NCBI GenBank assembly: GCA_036785375.1 | Contig: JAWMAR010000722.1 | Location: 558,001 to 622,000 of the forward strand | Source: Leucoraja ocellata | Lineage: Eukaryota | DNA: 64,000 bases | Direction of reading: 5' to 3' | Part shown: positions 62,911-64,000 of the stretch, piece by piece | Layout of the letters: each line of letters starts with the position of its first letter | Numbering within the stretch: position 1 is the stretch's first letter | Notes under the pieces: generated by a model | Told to the model about the DNA's origin: nothing | Database searches by the model: none | The model's input: the letters and a program-made list of their open reading frames with translations, nothing else | Position numbers and translations under genes: made by a program

Positions 62911-64000
62911 AAAGCCAAAGCAAATAATTCAAACTAAAAAAAATGTAATTAAGGAATGCTTATTTAAAACACATTAAACCCCAATGTTCAATTCCATTCG
63001 CAAATCCTCATTTAATGAAGGAGTCACACCTGCATACAGTAGACTAGGACAACATTCGGGGAAAGGCTGATGGTTTGGGAACAGCTCCATCCAAGACCAC
63101 AGGAATGTGCAGAGAATTGTGGACACTAGCCCAGACCATCACACAAACCAACCTCCCTTCCATTGACTCCATTTACGCATCAGTAAGGCCAGCAACATAA
63201 CCAAGAATGAGTCTCACCCTAGTCACTCCATCCCCTCCCGTCTCCCATCAGGCAGGAGGTACAGAAGTGTGAAAACGCACACCTCCAGATTCTGGGACAG
63301 TTGCTTCCCAGCTGTTATCAGGGAACTGAACCATCCTACCACAACCAGAGAGCAGTCCTGAAGTACTATCTACCTCATTGGAGACCAAGACTATCTTTGA
63401 TCGGGCTTGACTGGCTTTATCTTGCACTAAATGTGATTCACGTTCTTCCCTTTATCATATACCTGCACACTGTGAATGGCTCGATTGTAATCATGTATTG
63501 TCTTTCCGTTGACTAGTTAGCACACAACAAAGCTAACCTCGATACACGTAACAATAAAGTAAACTTGGCCTGTAATCGTTGCGCCAAGCAACTGTTAGGC
63601 AACTAGTAGCTCCAACAAGAGTCAGACCCACCAGCCATCCTTGATAAAAATAATTACCATTGCTGAGTCCACTACCATCAACATGTTGGGAATCACCATT
63701 GACCGGAAACATAACTAAGTTTCTAAGTTCTACACACACAAAGTTAAATTGAACAGTCAATCATATTTCAATCTCATACATAATATTATGACAGAAGAGC
63801 TTTGCTTTACATTTTATCACGTAGCATAACTTGGGCACCGATTTAATTTTAGTTTATATTGACATTGACAGCTTTTATGTAAAATTAGCTCAATTTATGA
63901 ACTGTTAAATGCAACAGTCACCCAGATGTACTAGGGGACAGAGGATCTAGATGGAGCTGTAGGGGCTAGTGGAATCAAGGGATATGGGGAGAAGGCAGGC

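Noticed and set aside
21000-64000. PCP4 or DSCAM exons expected from mammalian synteny
   Set aside because: No MSE first exon, IQ-motif exon or Ig/FN3 exons were recognised by eye.

Overview
Eukaryotic, repeat-dense vertebrate DNA. The HE1-type SINEs, CR1/HER1-type LINEs and Penelope-derived repeats point to a cartilaginous fish, probably a skate or ray (inference). The first ~13-20 kb hold the 3' half of a + strand immunoglobulin-superfamily gene best read as IGSF5/JAM4: IgC exon 681-980, TM exon 7671-7790 and cytoplasmic exons 10624-10648 and 13287-13399. The rest is mostly nested transposons with three N-gaps. The most unusual items are: (1) a 3,295-bp Gypsy gag-pol-integrase element bounded by 125-bp terminal INVERTED repeats (TGT...ACA, 5-bp TSD) rather than direct LTRs, with an internal inversion; (2) an intronless SPAG5/astrin 3' fragment enclosed between two Gypsy LTRs with a shared TSD; (3) many Penelope-derived repeats carrying a minimal hammerhead-ribozyme core, often as fold-back pairs; (4) a symmetric 21-nt IGSF5 exon candidate with an in-frame TGA; (5) four unrelated elements inserted at nearly the same site of the host SINE; (6) an RFX X-box followed by ATG and a splice donor. 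Family and gene assignments come from motif recognition only; no database search was run.
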